NCBI GenBank assembly: GCA_902619835.1 | Contig: CACNFS010000002.1 | Coordinates: 3,607 to 67,606 of the forward strand | Reading direction: 5' to 3' | DNA length: 64,000 nucleotides | Origin: an uncultured Pelagibacteraceae bacterium | Lineage (GTDB): Bacteria > Pseudomonadota > Alphaproteobacteria > Pelagibacterales > Pelagibacteraceae | In this document: piece by piece, positions 51,825 to 64,000 of the stretch | How the letters are laid out: every line of letters starts with the position of its first letter | Position numbering within the stretch: position 1 is the stretch's first letter | The notes under the pieces: generated by a model | What the model was told of the DNA's origin: nothing | What the model saw: the letters and a program-made list of their open reading frames with translations, nothing else | Database searches by the model: none | Translations under genes and position numbers: made by a program

Positions 51825-52529
51825 ATGAAAAGCACTATTCAAGATAAAACAAAAATAGTCAATTCTGTATTTTCCGATGTATTTGAAAATTACGATCTTA
51901 TGAATGATATAATGTCATTAGGTATTCATCGTATTTGGAAAGAAAAATTAATAAATTGGATGAGCCCTCTCTCTAATAAAAAACTGATTGATGTTGCTTC
52001 AGGAACTGGTGATGTTGTAAAATTATTTTTGACAAAGACAAATGGGTTAAATGAAATCACTTGTGTAGAACCAAATATTAAGATGTTAGAAAAGGGCAAG
52101 CAAAAATTAAAAAAATACAATTCTATAACCTGGATTAATTCAATGGCAGAGAGAATTCCGGTAAAGTCAAATTCTTTTGACTACTATACTATCAGTTATG
52201 GAATTAGAAACGTTTCGGATATAAACTCAACTTTAAAAGAGGCCTATAGAGTACTAAAACCAGGAGGTCGTTTTATGTGTTTGGAGTTTTCAAAAGTTAA
52301 TAATGAAATGATAAATTTTTTATATAAACAATATTCAAAAGCTATTCCTATTATTGGTAAATTCATAGTTGGGTCAGAAAAACCCTATGAATATCTTATT
52401 GAAAGTATTGATAAATTCTATAATCAAGAAGAATTAGTGAAACTAATGAAAATCAATGGGTTTTCAAACATCGAGTTTAGAAACTTAACTAACGGAATTT
52501 CTGCTATTCACTCAGGATGGAAAATTTAA
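51825..52529 (+). CDS. ubiE: ubiquinone/menaquinone C-methyltransferase
   Basis: YDLMND.MSLG.HR.WK, DVASGTGD, GIRNV and LEFS motifs. Confidence 0.93.
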   Translation: MKSTIQDKTKIVNSVFSDVFENYDLMNDIMSLGIHRIWKEKLINWMSPLSNKKLIDVASGTGDVVKLFLTKTNGLNEITCVEPNIKMLEKGKQKLKKYNSITWINSMAERIPVKSNSFDYYTISYGIRNVSDINSTLKEAYRVLKPGGRFMCLEFSKVNNEMINFLYKQYSKAIPIIGKFIVGSEKPYEYLIESIDKFYNQEELVKLMKINGFSNIEFRNLTNGISAIHSGWKI

Positions 52530-54095
52530 ATGATAAAAAGAGTGCTGAAACTTTTCCAAATTGCGAGAAAATTGTCTGCATCTGGCGCAGTAGAAACAAT
52601 TAATGAAATTCATCCCCTCCCAACCAGTTTAAAGCTGTTCTTTAATTTAATTTCAAGTGGATTAAACACAAAGCCAATAAATGATAAAAAGATGCCAGGG
52701 GAAAAACTTTGTGAAGCTTTGCAAGGTATGGGTACAACGTTTATAAAACTCGGTCAATTTCTAGCTACAAGACCTGATATTATTGGTGAAGGACTTGCAA
52801 AAAATTTAGAAAAACTCCAAGACAAAGTACCAGCTTTTGATCTACATGATGCAAAAAAAATAATAAAAAAAGAAATAGGAGAAAATTATTTTAAAGATAT
52901 AACTGAAATAAGTGAGCCTATTGCAGCTGCATCGATAGCTCAAGTCCATTTTGCAAAAATTAAGTTAAATGGGGAAGAGAAGCAAGTTGCTATCAAAATA
53001 CTAAGACCTGAAATTGAGAAATTATTTAATGAAGAGTTAGATGCTCTAATGTTATTTGCTTATATTGTTGAAAATACTTTTACAAAAGCAAAAAGATTAA
53101 AATTAACCGAAGTAGTATATCTTTTAAGAGAAATCACCAATATAGAGATGGATTTAAGATTTGAAGCAGCTGCTGCAAATGAACTATTTGAAAATACAAA
53201 GAATGATATAGGTTTTAATGTCCCACAAATTTACTGGAATTACACTACAAAAAAAATTCTAACTTTAGATAGAGTAAATGGGATATCTATAAGAGAGCAA
53301 GAGTCCTTAAAAAAACTCGGTGTAAATCTAAAAAAGCTTGCAGAAAATCTCATACAACTTTTTTTAAAACAAGCTGTCCGAGATGGATTTTTTCATGGTG
53401 ATATGCATCAAGGAAATTTATTCGTCGACAATAAAGGAAACATTATACCGGTAGACTTTGGGATCATGGGACGTTTAGATAAAAGTAATAGAAAATTTTT
53501 AGCTGAAATATTATATGGCTTTATTCAAAGGGACTACGTTAAAGTTGCTGAAGTTCATTTTCAAGCGGGTTTAGTGCCTCAAGATGCATCTAAGGAAGAA
53601 TTTGCTCAAGCTCTAAGATCTGTGGGAGAACCAATTTTTGGTCAGTCAATTAAAGATATATCTGGGGGCAATTTACTTGCTCAATTGTTTGAAATTACTG
53701 AAAAATTTAATATGGCAACTCAACCTCCATTATTGTTATTACAGAAAACCATGGTTGTAGTTGAAGGAGTAGCTAGAAAACTTTATCCAGATACAAACAT
53801 TTGGGAAGTTTCAAAACCAGTTTTAGAAAATTGGTTAAAAAATATTAAAAGCCCTAAGACAACACTTGATACAGCTGTTAAGACTTCATCAGAAATAATT
53901 AAAAGAATACCAGACTTACCAGATTTTATTGATAGGGCAGATTATGCTTTAAAGTTAATGGCCGAGGGAAAATTAAGTTTGGCCGTTGGTGTGAATAAAA
54001 ATTTAGAAATGGAACAAATGAAACTTAAAAACTTTAGAAATAATATAATTATAAGTTTTTTTGGTATTGTAATTGTCTTTTTATTAGTATTTTAA
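52530..54095 (+). CDS. ubiB: ubiquinone biosynthesis kinase-like protein
   Basis: FIKLGQ, AASIAQVH, FFHGDMH.GN and DFGIMG motifs. Confidence 0.94.
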   Translation: MIKRVLKLFQIARKLSASGAVETINEIHPLPTSLKLFFNLISSGLNTKPINDKKMPGEKLCEALQGMGTTFIKLGQFLATRPDIIGEGLAKNLEKLQDKVPAFDLHDAKKIIKKEIGENYFKDITEISEPIAAASIAQVHFAKIKLNGEEKQVAIKILRPEIEKLFNEELDALMLFAYIVENTFTKAKRLKLTEVVYLLREITNIEMDLRFEAAAANELFENTKNDIGFNVPQIYWNYTTKKILTLDRVNGISIREQESLKKLGVNLKKLAENLIQLFLKQAVRDGFFHGDMHQGNLFVDNKGNIIPVDFGIMGRLDKSNRKFLAEILYGFIQRDYVKVAEVHFQAGLVPQDASKEEFAQALRSVGEPIFGQSIKDISGGNLLAQLFEITEKFNMATQPPLLLLQKTMVVVEGVARKLYPDTNIWEVSKPVLENWLKNIKSPKTTLDTAVKTSSEIIKRIPDLPDFIDRADYALKLMAEGKLSLAVGVNKNLEMEQMKLKNFRNNIIISFFGIVIVFLLVF

Positions 54096-54101
54096 TAAGT
54101 T

Positions 54102-55331
54102 ATGACAATTAAAAATAAAAAAATACTTATAATTATTGGTGGGGGAATAGCTGCCTACAAATCTCTAGATTTAATCAGATTATTAAGAAAAAGTAATAAT
54201 GAAATTAAAACGATTTTAACAAAAAGTGGAAAAGAGTTTGTAACCCCCTTATCCATATCGACTCTCACAAAAACTAAAACTTTTGAAGATATTTTTGATG
54301 CAAATTCTGAAGCTGAAATAGATCATATATCTTTATCTAGATGGGCTGACTTAGTCATTGTGATGCCTACCACAGCTAACTTCATGACAAAATTAAGCCA
54401 TGGAAAAGCTGAAGATTTAGCTACAACGGTGATATTAGCTTCCAATAAAGATATCTTATTAGTTCCTGCGATGAATGTTAGAATGTGGTTACATAAAGCC
54501 ACTCAACGAAATGTTAAAATTTTAAAAGATTATGGATATTTGTTTATCGGACCCGAAAAAGGTGAGATGGCTTGTGGTGAATTCGGTGAGGGTAAAATGT
54601 CAAGCCCTAGACAAATATATACTTATATTGATCATTATTTTAACAAAAGAAATTTAGTCAAAAGTAAAAATTTTAAAGCTTTAGTAACTGCTGGTCCGAC
54701 CAGAGAATATATTGACCCTGTAAGATATATTTCTAATGAGTCAAGCGGTAAACAGGGTTACGAAATAGCTTTAGCCCTAGACAGACTAGGTATTAAAACT
54801 ACATTAATAATAGGACCATCAAATCTCACTACCCAAAAAAATATTAAAACAAAAAAAATAGTAACTGCAAATGATTTGCTAATTGAAACAAAAAAATCTT
54901 TACCTGTGGACGTTGCAGTTTGTGCTGCTGCTGTATCTGATTTTAAACCTGTGGTTCAAAATAAAAATAAGCTAAAAAAAAATCAAAATAATATTAAACC
55001 TATTAAAATAGAAAAAAATAAGGACGTTCTTGAATATTTAGGCAAGAACAATGAACATAGACCAAAATTAGTTGTTGGCTTCTCTGCTGAAACTGAAAAT
55101 GTAAATAAGAATTCAATAACTAAAATGAAGAAAAAGAACTGTGATTTAATTATAGCAAATAATGTTTCAAAAAAGGGTATAGGATTTAACTCAGATTATA
55201 ACGAAGTTTCAATTATCGATAATAATGGAAATATCAAAATAATAAAAAAAAGTAAGAAAAGTTATATAGCAAGTAAAATCGCTGAAGTTATTTTAGATAA
55301 ACTATTAGTTGATGACAGAAGTTTTAATTAA
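54102..55331 (+). CDS. coaBC: phosphopantothenoylcysteine decarboxylase/ligase
   Basis: GGIAAYK, PAMN, MACGE.G.G and TAGPT.E.IDPVRYISN.SSGKQG motifs. Confidence 0.95.
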   Translation: MTIKNKKILIIIGGGIAAYKSLDLIRLLRKSNNEIKTILTKSGKEFVTPLSISTLTKTKTFEDIFDANSEAEIDHISLSRWADLVIVMPTTANFMTKLSHGKAEDLATTVILASNKDILLVPAMNVRMWLHKATQRNVKILKDYGYLFIGPEKGEMACGEFGEGKMSSPRQIYTYIDHYFNKRNLVKSKNFKALVTAGPTREYIDPVRYISNESSGKQGYEIALALDRLGIKTTLIIGPSNLTTQKNIKTKKIVTANDLLIETKKSLPVDVAVCAAAVSDFKPVVQNKNKLKKNQNNIKPIKIEKNKDVLEYLGKNNEHRPKLVVGFSAETENVNKNSITKMKKKNCDLIIANNVSKKGIGFNSDYNEVSIIDNNGNIKIIKKSKKSYIASKIAEVILDKLLVDDRSFN

Positions 55332-55752
55332 AAGACTATCAAAAAATATCGATCTACCTAAATACGAGACAAATGGTTCATCAGGAATGGATCTTTCAGC
55401 TAATATTGAAAAACAGATAAAAATAGAACCAGGAAAAACATCAGTAATTCCAACTGGTATATCAGTATCTATACCTAAAAATTTTGAGATACAAATCAGA
55501 TCAAGATCAGGATTAGCTGCTAAAAGTCAAATATCAGTTCTTAATTCACCCGGGACAATTGACGCTGATTATAGAGGCGAATTAAAAGTGATATTAATAA
55601 ACTTAAGTAATAAAACTTTTGTTGTTGAGAGAGGCACACGTATTGCTCAAATGGTATTATGCCCTATAGTAAAAGCTAAGTTTAAGGAGGTAGATAACTT
55701 GGATGATACAGACAGAGGTGTTGGTGGCTTTGGATCTACTGGTTTGAAATAA
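55312..55752 (+). CDS. dut: dUTPase
   Basis: GMDL, RSGLA, GTIDADYRGE and RG.GGFGSTG motifs. Confidence 0.96.
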   Translation: MTEVLIKRLSKNIDLPKYETNGSSGMDLSANIEKQIKIEPGKTSVIPTGISVSIPKNFEIQIRSRSGLAAKSQISVLNSPGTIDADYRGELKVILINLSNKTFVVERGTRIAQMVLCPIVKAKFKEVDNLDDTDRGVGGFGSTGLK

Positions 55753-55755
55753 TAT

Positions 55756-56499
55756 ATGCAATTAAGAATAAAAGATTTTAAAAGGTTTGAAAAACAAATT
55801 ATTCTTAAAAATGTTGGGGTAGCTGGACAAAAAAAAATAATTAACGCTAAAGTATTAATAATCGGTATTGGGGGTTTGGGTTGTCCACTTTTGACATACT
55901 TAGCAGCATCTGGAGTCGGAACCATAGGAATTGCAGATCCAGATAAAATTGAAATAAGTAATTTAAATAGACAGACGTTATTTACTACTAATGATATAGG
56001 TAAGTACAAAGTCGATCAGGCTAAATCTAGTATTAATAGAATAAATAAAGAAATTAAAATTAAAACTTTTAAAAAAAAAGTAACTCTAAAGAATATTAAA
56101 TCAACAATTAGAAATTTTGACATAATTTGTGATGGAACTGATAATTTTGAGACAAGATACTTGATTAATGATGAATGTAAAAAAATGAAAAAAATACTCA
56201 TCTCTGCAGCAATAAGTAAATTTGATGGTCATTTATACAAATTTAATTTTAGAAAAAAAACATCCTGTTATAGATGCTTCATGCCAGATAAGCCTGTTTT
56301 AGAAAAAAATTGTGAAACAGATGGGATTTTTTCACCAGTAGCTGGAATTTTGGGATCACTACAAGCTAATGAAGTTTTAAAATCAATTTTAGGATTAAAG
56401 AATGGTTTAGATAACCAGATGATGATTTTTAATTCAATTAAAATAAATTTAAGAAAAGTAAAATTATCTCTCAATCCTGAATGTAAAAACAAATGTTGA
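55756..56499 (+). CDS. HesA/MoeB/ThiF family adenylyltransferase
   Basis: G.GGLG, SNLNRQ, DGTDNF and CYRC motifs. Confidence 0.9.
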   Translation: MQLRIKDFKRFEKQIILKNVGVAGQKKIINAKVLIIGIGGLGCPLLTYLAASGVGTIGIADPDKIEISNLNRQTLFTTNDIGKYKVDQAKSSINRINKEIKIKTFKKKVTLKNIKSTIRNFDIICDGTDNFETRYLINDECKKMKKILISAAISKFDGHLYKFNFRKKTSCYRCFMPDKPVLEKNCETDGIFSPVAGILGSLQANEVLKSILGLKNGLDNQMMIFNSIKINLRKVKLSLNPECKNKC

Positions 56500-56936
56500 A
56501 AATTATTTATATTGCTTTATTTTTGTGTTTTTCATTCCAAAGTCTTTTCGCAAACGAGTACTTTTTAACTTTGAGAAATGACAAAGTAAATCTTAGACAG
56601 GGACCATCTTTCGAATATCCTATCAAATTATTTTATAAAAAAAGATTTTTACCTGTTTTAATTCAAGATAAATTTGAAAATTTTAGAAAAATAAGAGATC
56701 ATGAAAATAACACTGGTTGGATTCATATTTCACAGTTATCAAAAAAAAAAGCGGCACTCACAATTGAAGACGATCAATTAATTTTTAATAAACCTTCTAT
56801 TTATTCCAAGCCTTTTGCTATTCTTAAAAAAGGTAGATTGTGCAAGGTTCATAAATGCAAAGATGATTGGTGTAAGATAAGTGTGGAGAAATATAAAGGT
56901 TGGGTTAAAAAAGATATTTTGTGGGGTCTATTATAA
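56493..56936 (+). CDS. exported tandem SH3-domain protein
   Basis: VNLRQGP, GWIH and WC.I...GWV motifs. Confidence 0.85.
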   Translation: MLKIIYIALFLCFSFQSLFANEYFLTLRNDKVNLRQGPSFEYPIKLFYKKRFLPVLIQDKFENFRKIRDHENNTGWIHISQLSKKKAALTIEDDQLIFNKPSIYSKPFAILKKGRLCKVHKCKDDWCKISVEKYKGWVKKDILWGLL

Positions 56937-56937
56937 A

Positions 56938-57180
56938 CTATTTCTTGTACTTAGCTGTCCAGATTTTATCTAGCACAAAATACCAAACCGCATTGGCCAT
57001 CGGTTCAACTATCGCGTCGGTTAATGCAATTAAAAATGGAACGTCAGCAATTAGCATCAGAACAGTTATAGCAATTGCGAAGTGTCCTATAGTATAAATT
57101 AAAGTTCTTAATAAAGAACCTTTATTGTTTTCGTAAATATCTTTTGCTGTTACGTATATTCCTTTATTGAATTCTGCCAT
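56938..57180 (-). CDS. DUF2061-like small membrane protein
   Basis: RTLIYTIGH...A...A.VEP..N..WY..LD..W pattern. Confidence 0.65.
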   Translation of the reverse strand: MAEFNKGIYVTAKDIYENNKGSLLRTLIYTIGHFAIAITVLMLIADVPFLIALTDAIVEPMANAVWYFVLDKIWTAKYKK

Positions 57181-57808
57181 TTTCTTTAAAAGGATTTTCT
57201 AAAACGCATGCAACCAGATGTATTCTGTCTTGTTCCCCTCCATTAAAAAAATTGTGGTATTTAGTATTATTTGTAATAGTTACTGATCCATCTGCTGGCA
57301 TATGCTTACAAACATCTTCAATTACCATTCTGCAACCTTTATTTGTGATTATAGGAATATGAAGTCTTGGTTCTGGATCTCTATGCCAGCTAAGAGTAGA
57401 TCTAGGTTCTTTTAATAATATTCTTACTCTTCCAAGTTTAAAGTGTTTCCTTAAAGTATTATAAACTTCCTCAAAATATGTACCCTTAAATTCAGAAACT
57501 ATTTCAGTATATTTTGACTCATCGATGGGTTTATCTCTCTCAATTTCTTTACCTTTTTCATCAGGTATGGTCCAGTATGTACCTCTAACATTGTGGCCCT
57601 CTGTAGAACTTTTGTCGCCTGGTACTTGGTTTAAAGAGATCGCTCCAAAGTTTTTAATACCTAATGTACTAAATCTCTTCTTTTTAAGTACAGTATTTAA
57701 ATCAGCTCTCAATTTATCAATATCGAATTTTAAATTTGGAACAATATAAAAATCATCTTTTATATTTTGATTTAATGTTTCTAAATTTGGCGTTTTAACA
57801 ATTTCCAT
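57164..57808 (-). CDS. Asp/Asn beta-hydroxylase-like 2OG-Fe(II) oxygenase
   Basis: WHRD...RLHIP...H...N....RIHL motif. Confidence 0.75.
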   Translation of the reverse strand: MEIVKTPNLETLNQNIKDDFYIVPNLKFDIDKLRADLNTVLKKKRFSTLGIKNFGAISLNQVPGDKSSTEGHNVRGTYWTIPDEKGKEIERDKPIDESKYTEIVSEFKGTYFEEVYNTLRKHFKLGRVRILLKEPRSTLSWHRDPEPRLHIPIITNKGCRMVIEDVCKHMPADGSVTITNNTKYHNFFNGGEQDRIHLVACVLENPFKENGRIQ

Positions 57809-57809
57809 A

Positions 57810-60006
<2,197 letters not shown>

Positions 60007-60027
60007 GTGAAAACAAGCGACAAACTG

Positions 60028-60435
60028 TCAATTTTTCAAATTTATAAATACCTCAACATTTTTAATCTTTTTACCATTTGGTGCTTTAGGAATTTTTTGT
60101 ATCACTACTTCATTAGCATCTATATCAATCAGTTCTGAAGTTTCACTATCATAAAAATGATGATGATTTGAAACGTTTGTATCAAAATAAGTTTTATTTC
60201 CTCTCACCTCTACTTCACTTAAATGTCCAGCAGCTTTAAAAGCATGGACAGTATTGTAAATTGTAGCAAGAGCAAATTTAGATGTTGTTTTTTTCGAAAG
60301 TAGTTTATCCAAGCTCTCTACAGTAAAATGAAAAGTTTTTTCTCTCTCAAATAAAAATTTAGCTATTTCTACTCTTTGTTTAGTCGGCCTTAGGCCTGAT
60401 GATCTTAATTTTTTTAAAATGTCTAATTTTTTCAC
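60028..60435 (-). CDS. irr: Fur-family iron response regulator Irr
   Basis: GLRPT.QR, LATIYNT and YFDTN..NHHHFY motifs; divergent from fabA as in other alphaproteobacteria. Confidence 0.88.
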   Translation of the reverse strand: MKKLDILKKLRSSGLRPTKQRVEIAKFLFEREKTFHFTVESLDKLLSKKTTSKFALATIYNTVHAFKAAGHLSEVEVRGNKTYFDTNVSNHHHFYDSETSELIDIDANEVVIQKIPKAPNGKKIKNVEVFINLKN

Positions 60436-60457
60436 GTTTTTTTTAATGTTTTTATGT

Positions 60458-60476
60458 AGTTTATAATCATTCTAAA
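60458..60476. promoter_or_regulatory. Irr ICE-like/Per-like box upstream of irr
   Basis: AGTTTATAATCATTCTAAA, 18/19 identical to the katG box. Confidence 0.75.
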
Positions 60477-60527
60477 CACAAATATATATGAAACTTTTGC
60501 TAAATCAAGTAAAACAGTTTCTAAATC

Positions 60528-61031
60528 ATGCAAAAAAATAGCTATAACTATGACGACCTGATTTCGTGTGGAAAGGGAAAATTGTTTGGTGAAGGCAATG
60601 CTAAGCTTCCATTACCGCCTATGCTTATGTTTGATAGAATTACAGAAATTAAAAAAGACTCTGGAGAATTTAAAAAAGGTTTTATAAAAGCGGAGTTGGA
60701 TATCAAAGACAACTTATGGTTTTTTGATTGTCATTTTCAAAAGGATCCGGTAATGCCAGGATGTCTTGGATTAGATGCTATGTGGCAACTAGTTGGATTT
60801 TATTTAGGGTGGATTGGAGAGCCAGGAAAAGGTAGAGCTTTAGGAGTAAATTCTGTAAAATTTACCGGTGAAGTTTTAAAAAATATAAAAATGGCTACAT
60901 ATGAAATAAATATGAAAAGAATTTTAAAAAAAGAGGGAACGGCTGTAGGATTAGCAAATGGAATATTAAGTGCGGATGGTAAAATAATTTACCGTGCAGA
61001 AAACTTAAAAGTGGGGTTATTCAAATCATGA
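60528..61031 (+). CDS. fabA: 3-hydroxyacyl-ACP dehydratase/isomerase
   Basis: [12 protein letters not shown] and [22 protein letters not shown] motifs. Confidence 0.96.
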   Translation: MQKNSYNYDDLISCGKGKLFGEGNAKLPLPPMLMFDRITEIKKDSGEFKKGFIKAELDIKDNLWFFDCHFQKDPVMPGCLGLDAMWQLVGFYLGWIGEPGKGRALGVNSVKFTGEVLKNIKMATYEINMKRILKKEGTAVGLANGILSADGKIIYRAENLKVGLFKS

Positions 61032-62242
61032 AAAGAGTAGTAATCACTGGTATCGGAGTAGTTTCATGTTTAGGTAATAACCAAGATGAAGTTTATAAAT
61101 CATTAATAAATGCTAAATCTGGAATTACATTTTCTGAGGAGTATAAAGAATACAATCTTAAAAGTCATATACATGGAAAACCAAATATTAAACTAGAAGA
61201 TCACGTTGACAGAAAATTTATAAGATTTATGGGGCCCGGCTCAGCATACAATTATATTTCAATGAATGAGGCAGTCAAAGATTCTGGATTAAAGGAAAAA
61301 GATATAAGTAATATATCATCTGGAATGATAATGGGATCAGGTGGTCCTTCAATTGAAAATGTTATTCTTGCTGCGGATAAGACAAGAGCAAAAAGCCCTA
61401 AGAGAATGGGGCCATTTGTAGTCCCACGAACAATGTCGAGTACTGCCTCAGCAACTCTAGCTGTTCCTTTTAAAATTAAAGGAGTCAATTATACAATAAG
61501 TTCAGCTTGTGCAACTAGCGGACATTGTATAGGTAATGCAATGGAATTGATACAACTAGGGAAACAAAAAATTATTTTTGCTGGAGGAAGTGATGAGGTT
61601 CACTTTGCAATGACTGCAATGTTTGACGCGATGACTGCTCTATCCTCAAAGTATAATGATACTCCAGAAAAAGCATCTAGACCTTATGATAAAACAAGAG
61701 ATGGATTCGTTATATCAGGCGGGGGAGGCGTATTAGTTTTAGAGGAATACGAACACGCTAAAGCGCGAGGAGCAAAGATTTATGCTGAGCTGACTGGTTA
61801 TGGTGCTACTTCAGACGGCTTTGACATGGTAGCTCCCTCTGGTGAAGGTGCTGTGCGTTGCATGAAGATGGCTTTAAGCACAGCTAGAAATAAAATTGAT
61901 TATATTAATACGCACGGCACTTCGACCCCTGTTGGCGATATAACTGAATTGAAAGCTGTGGGAGAAGTTTTTAGTAAATATAAACCAAAAATTAGTTCAA
62001 CAAAATCACTTGCTGGACATTCTTTAGGTGCTACTTCAGTTCACGAAGCTATTTATAGCTTAATAATGATGAAAAATAATTTTATCGCTGCTTCTGCAAA
62101 TATTAATGATATGGATGATGAGGCAAAAAAATTTCCAATAATTACAAAAGTTGAGAAAGATGTTGATTTGAATTCAATTATGTCAAATAGTTTTGGATTT
62201 GGGGGAACCAATGCAACTTTAGTATTTGAAAAGGTATCGTAA
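61028..62242 (+). CDS. fabB: beta-ketoacyl-ACP synthase I
   Basis: [20 protein letters not shown] and SNSFGFGG motifs. Confidence 0.95.
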   Translation: MKRVVITGIGVVSCLGNNQDEVYKSLINAKSGITFSEEYKEYNLKSHIHGKPNIKLEDHVDRKFIRFMGPGSAYNYISMNEAVKDSGLKEKDISNISSGMIMGSGGPSIENVILAADKTRAKSPKRMGPFVVPRTMSSTASATLAVPFKIKGVNYTISSACATSGHCIGNAMELIQLGKQKIIFAGGSDEVHFAMTAMFDAMTALSSKYNDTPEKASRPYDKTRDGFVISGGGGVLVLEEYEHAKARGAKIYAELTGYGATSDGFDMVAPSGEGAVRCMKMALSTARNKIDYINTHGTSTPVGDITELKAVGEVFSKYKPKISSTKSLAGHSLGATSVHEAIYSLIMMKNNFIAASANINDMDDEAKKFPIITKVEKDVDLNSIMSNSFGFGGTNATLVFEKVS

Positions 62243-63027
62243 TGAGCTTAATGAAAGGGAAAAAGGGTTTAATAATGGGTGTAGCAAACGAACGCTCTAT
62301 AGCTTGGGGTATATCTCAAAAACTTGCCAACGCAGGAGCAGATCTAGCCTTTACGTATCTTGGCGACGCACTGAAAAAAAGGGTAGTGCCTTTGGCGGAA
62401 AAACTGAATTCAAAATTTACTTTAAGTTGTGATGTTGAAAAAGAGGATGACATTACTAAACTTTTTGCAAATATTAAAAAAGAATGGGGACAAATTGACT
62501 TTGTTGTTCATGCAGTTGCTTTTTCTGACAAATCAGAATTATCAGGAGAATACCTCAATACATCTAGAAATAACTTTTTAAAAAGTATGTTGATTTCATG
62601 TTTCTCATTTACAGAAGTTTCAAAGGAAGCTTCTAAGATCTTAAATGAGGGAGGAAGTTTACTTACACTTACTTACGAGTCTACAAAAGCAATCCCCAAT
62701 TACAATGTCATGGGAGTTTGTAAATCAGCGTTAGAAGCTAGTGTAAAATATTTAGCTCGTGATTTAGGGCAAAAAAAAATCCGAGTAAACGCAATAAGTG
62801 CAGGCCCAATAAAAACTTTAGCAGCTTCTGCAATTGGTGATGCTAAATTTTTATATAAGTGGAACGAAGATCATTCTTTTTTAAAGAGAAATGTAGACAT
62901 TCACGATGTTGGAAATTCAGCCCTTTATCTGCTTAGTGATCTCGCAGCAGGAGTAACGGGAGAGATACATTACGTGGATGCAGGCTATAACAAAGTCGGT
63001 ATGCCTGATCCAAAAAATATTAAATGA
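62242..63027 (+). CDS. fabI: enoyl-ACP reductase
   Basis: GVANERSIAWGI, YNVMGV.K and ISAGPIKTLAA motifs. Confidence 0.96.
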   Translation: MSLMKGKKGLIMGVANERSIAWGISQKLANAGADLAFTYLGDALKKRVVPLAEKLNSKFTLSCDVEKEDDITKLFANIKKEWGQIDFVVHAVAFSDKSELSGEYLNTSRNNFLKSMLISCFSFTEVSKEASKILNEGGSLLTLTYESTKAIPNYNVMGVCKSALEASVKYLARDLGQKKIRVNAISAGPIKTLAASAIGDAKFLYKWNEDHSFLKRNVDIHDVGNSALYLLSDLAAGVTGEIHYVDAGYNKVGMPDPKNIK

Positions 63028-63028
63028 A

Positions 63029-63793
63029 TTATCTTAAAGCTCTTATAGTTTTTATTGTTTTCTCTAAGGTATAATTTATTGTATTTTTAATTAAATTTGG
63101 TTTTTCTAAGTTAAGTATATAATCTAAATGTAAAATTTTATCAGCATTTTTTTTTATGAATTGTTCAAATTGATTAAAGTCGGTTTGACTCCAGTAATTC
63201 AAATGAATTTGCGTGGATTGAATTCCAAAGGGTAAGAGAATTTCTCTATAAAATAACTGTGGAATAAATAGTATTCCATTTTTAAAAAAAGGAAATAGAC
63301 CGTATCCATCAATCACTATATTTATATTACAATCTTTTAGAGCTCTTAATGTAATTTCATCGTAAATATGATTTGGTGCAAAGAAACTTCTAATTTGAAT
63401 ACCTCTTTTTTCAAATTCTATAATACCATTTTTAATTTTATCCAGTTGTTCATGATAATTAAGTCCATAAAATTCAGAGTTCCCTCCATAATTAAAAATA
63501 TCCTTTTTGTCAGACTTTTGAGTATACAAATGCGAGTAGCCATGCATTGTTATTTCCCACTCTTTTTTTTTCCATTGAGAAACTTTCTCCCAAAATCTCT
63601 CATTTTTTGGATATTTTAGAAGCTCGGGATCTTGATTATTTGGAATCACGCCCAATAAAGGTTTGATATTATATTTATCGAACAATATTTCACACTTATC
63701 CATGAGTTCCCAATTCATGTTTTCTGCAATATCATCCAGCCTTATTAAAATACCAGTATACTTGTTAATTTTATTTTTAAAAAAATTTATCAC
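63029..63793 (-). CDS. DUF2334 / polysaccharide deacetylase-like protein
   Basis: IRLDD, GVIP, MHGYSH, SEF and FFAP motifs. Confidence 0.8.
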   Translation of the reverse strand: MINFFKNKINKYTGILIRLDDIAENMNWELMDKCEILFDKYNIKPLLGVIPNNQDPELLKYPKNERFWEKVSQWKKKEWEITMHGYSHLYTQKSDKKDIFNYGGNSEFYGLNYHEQLDKIKNGIIEFEKRGIQIRSFFAPNHIYDEITLRALKDCNINIVIDGYGLFPFFKNGILFIPQLFYREILLPFGIQSTQIHLNYWSQTDFNQFEQFIKKNADKILHLDYILNLEKPNLIKNTINYTLEKTIKTIRALR

Positions 63794-63822
63794 TTTTTAA
63801 TTATAAAATAATTTCAATAAAA

Positions 63823-63999
63823 TTAAAGCACAAGATCAGAGTTGATTATTTCATATGGCCCAATTTTGAGGTTTGATCTATTATAAATATCTCTTTTTTT
63901 TCCAAATCCTAATACTGATTTACAGGTTATTTTTTTTTGATCATTTTCAATAATATATTCAGAGAAAAAATGAACTTTGTATGTTTTTGAGATAACATT
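63823..63999 (-). CDS. 3' end of a CDS running off the window
   Basis: open frame (...NVISKTYKVHF...INSDLVL) from the window edge to TAA at 63823-63825. Confidence 0.5.
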   Translation of the reverse strand, partial: NVISKTYKVHFFSEYIIENDQKKITCKSVLGFGKKRDIYNRSNLKIGPYEIINSDLVL

Positions 64000-64000
64000 T

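Overview
AT-rich, very densely coded alphaproteobacterial chromosome segment. Gene content, tiny intergenic gaps and gene order (chvI-chvG-ahcY-tsaE, regA/regB, dnaA-dnaN-gyrB, rpsT-mutM-ubiE-ubiB-coaBC-dut, irr-fabA-fabB-fabI) point to a streamlined SAR11/Pelagibacter-like organism (inference, no search run). I found no rRNA, tRNA, CRISPR array, integrase or transposase. Most of 14-64 kb is ordinary core genome. The main anomaly is the left ~13 kb, a run of mostly intact housekeeping-type genes (ADP-ribosylglycohydrolase-like, rlmN, FAH, SRAP, TauD, purK, purE, ybgC, MBL hydrolase, cfa, DapA-like). They keep most core catalytic residues, but neighbouring, normally near-invariant motif residues are rewritten and small in-frame indels occur. 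The effect seems to fade to the right and starts next to accessory genes at the left edge. katG shows the same pattern in its haem domain. Other signals: a four-hairpin leader with a repeated UUGCAAAG motif before a 64-aa ORF; a sigma32 promoter plus ROSE-like thermometer before hsp20; twin ICE/Per-like boxes before irr and katG; a perfect 42-bp tandem duplication upstream of dnaA; a polyamine operon between regA and regB; several unannotated small ORFs; and one frameshifted membrane gene. Motif comparisons use family consensus from memory and need alignment to confirm.
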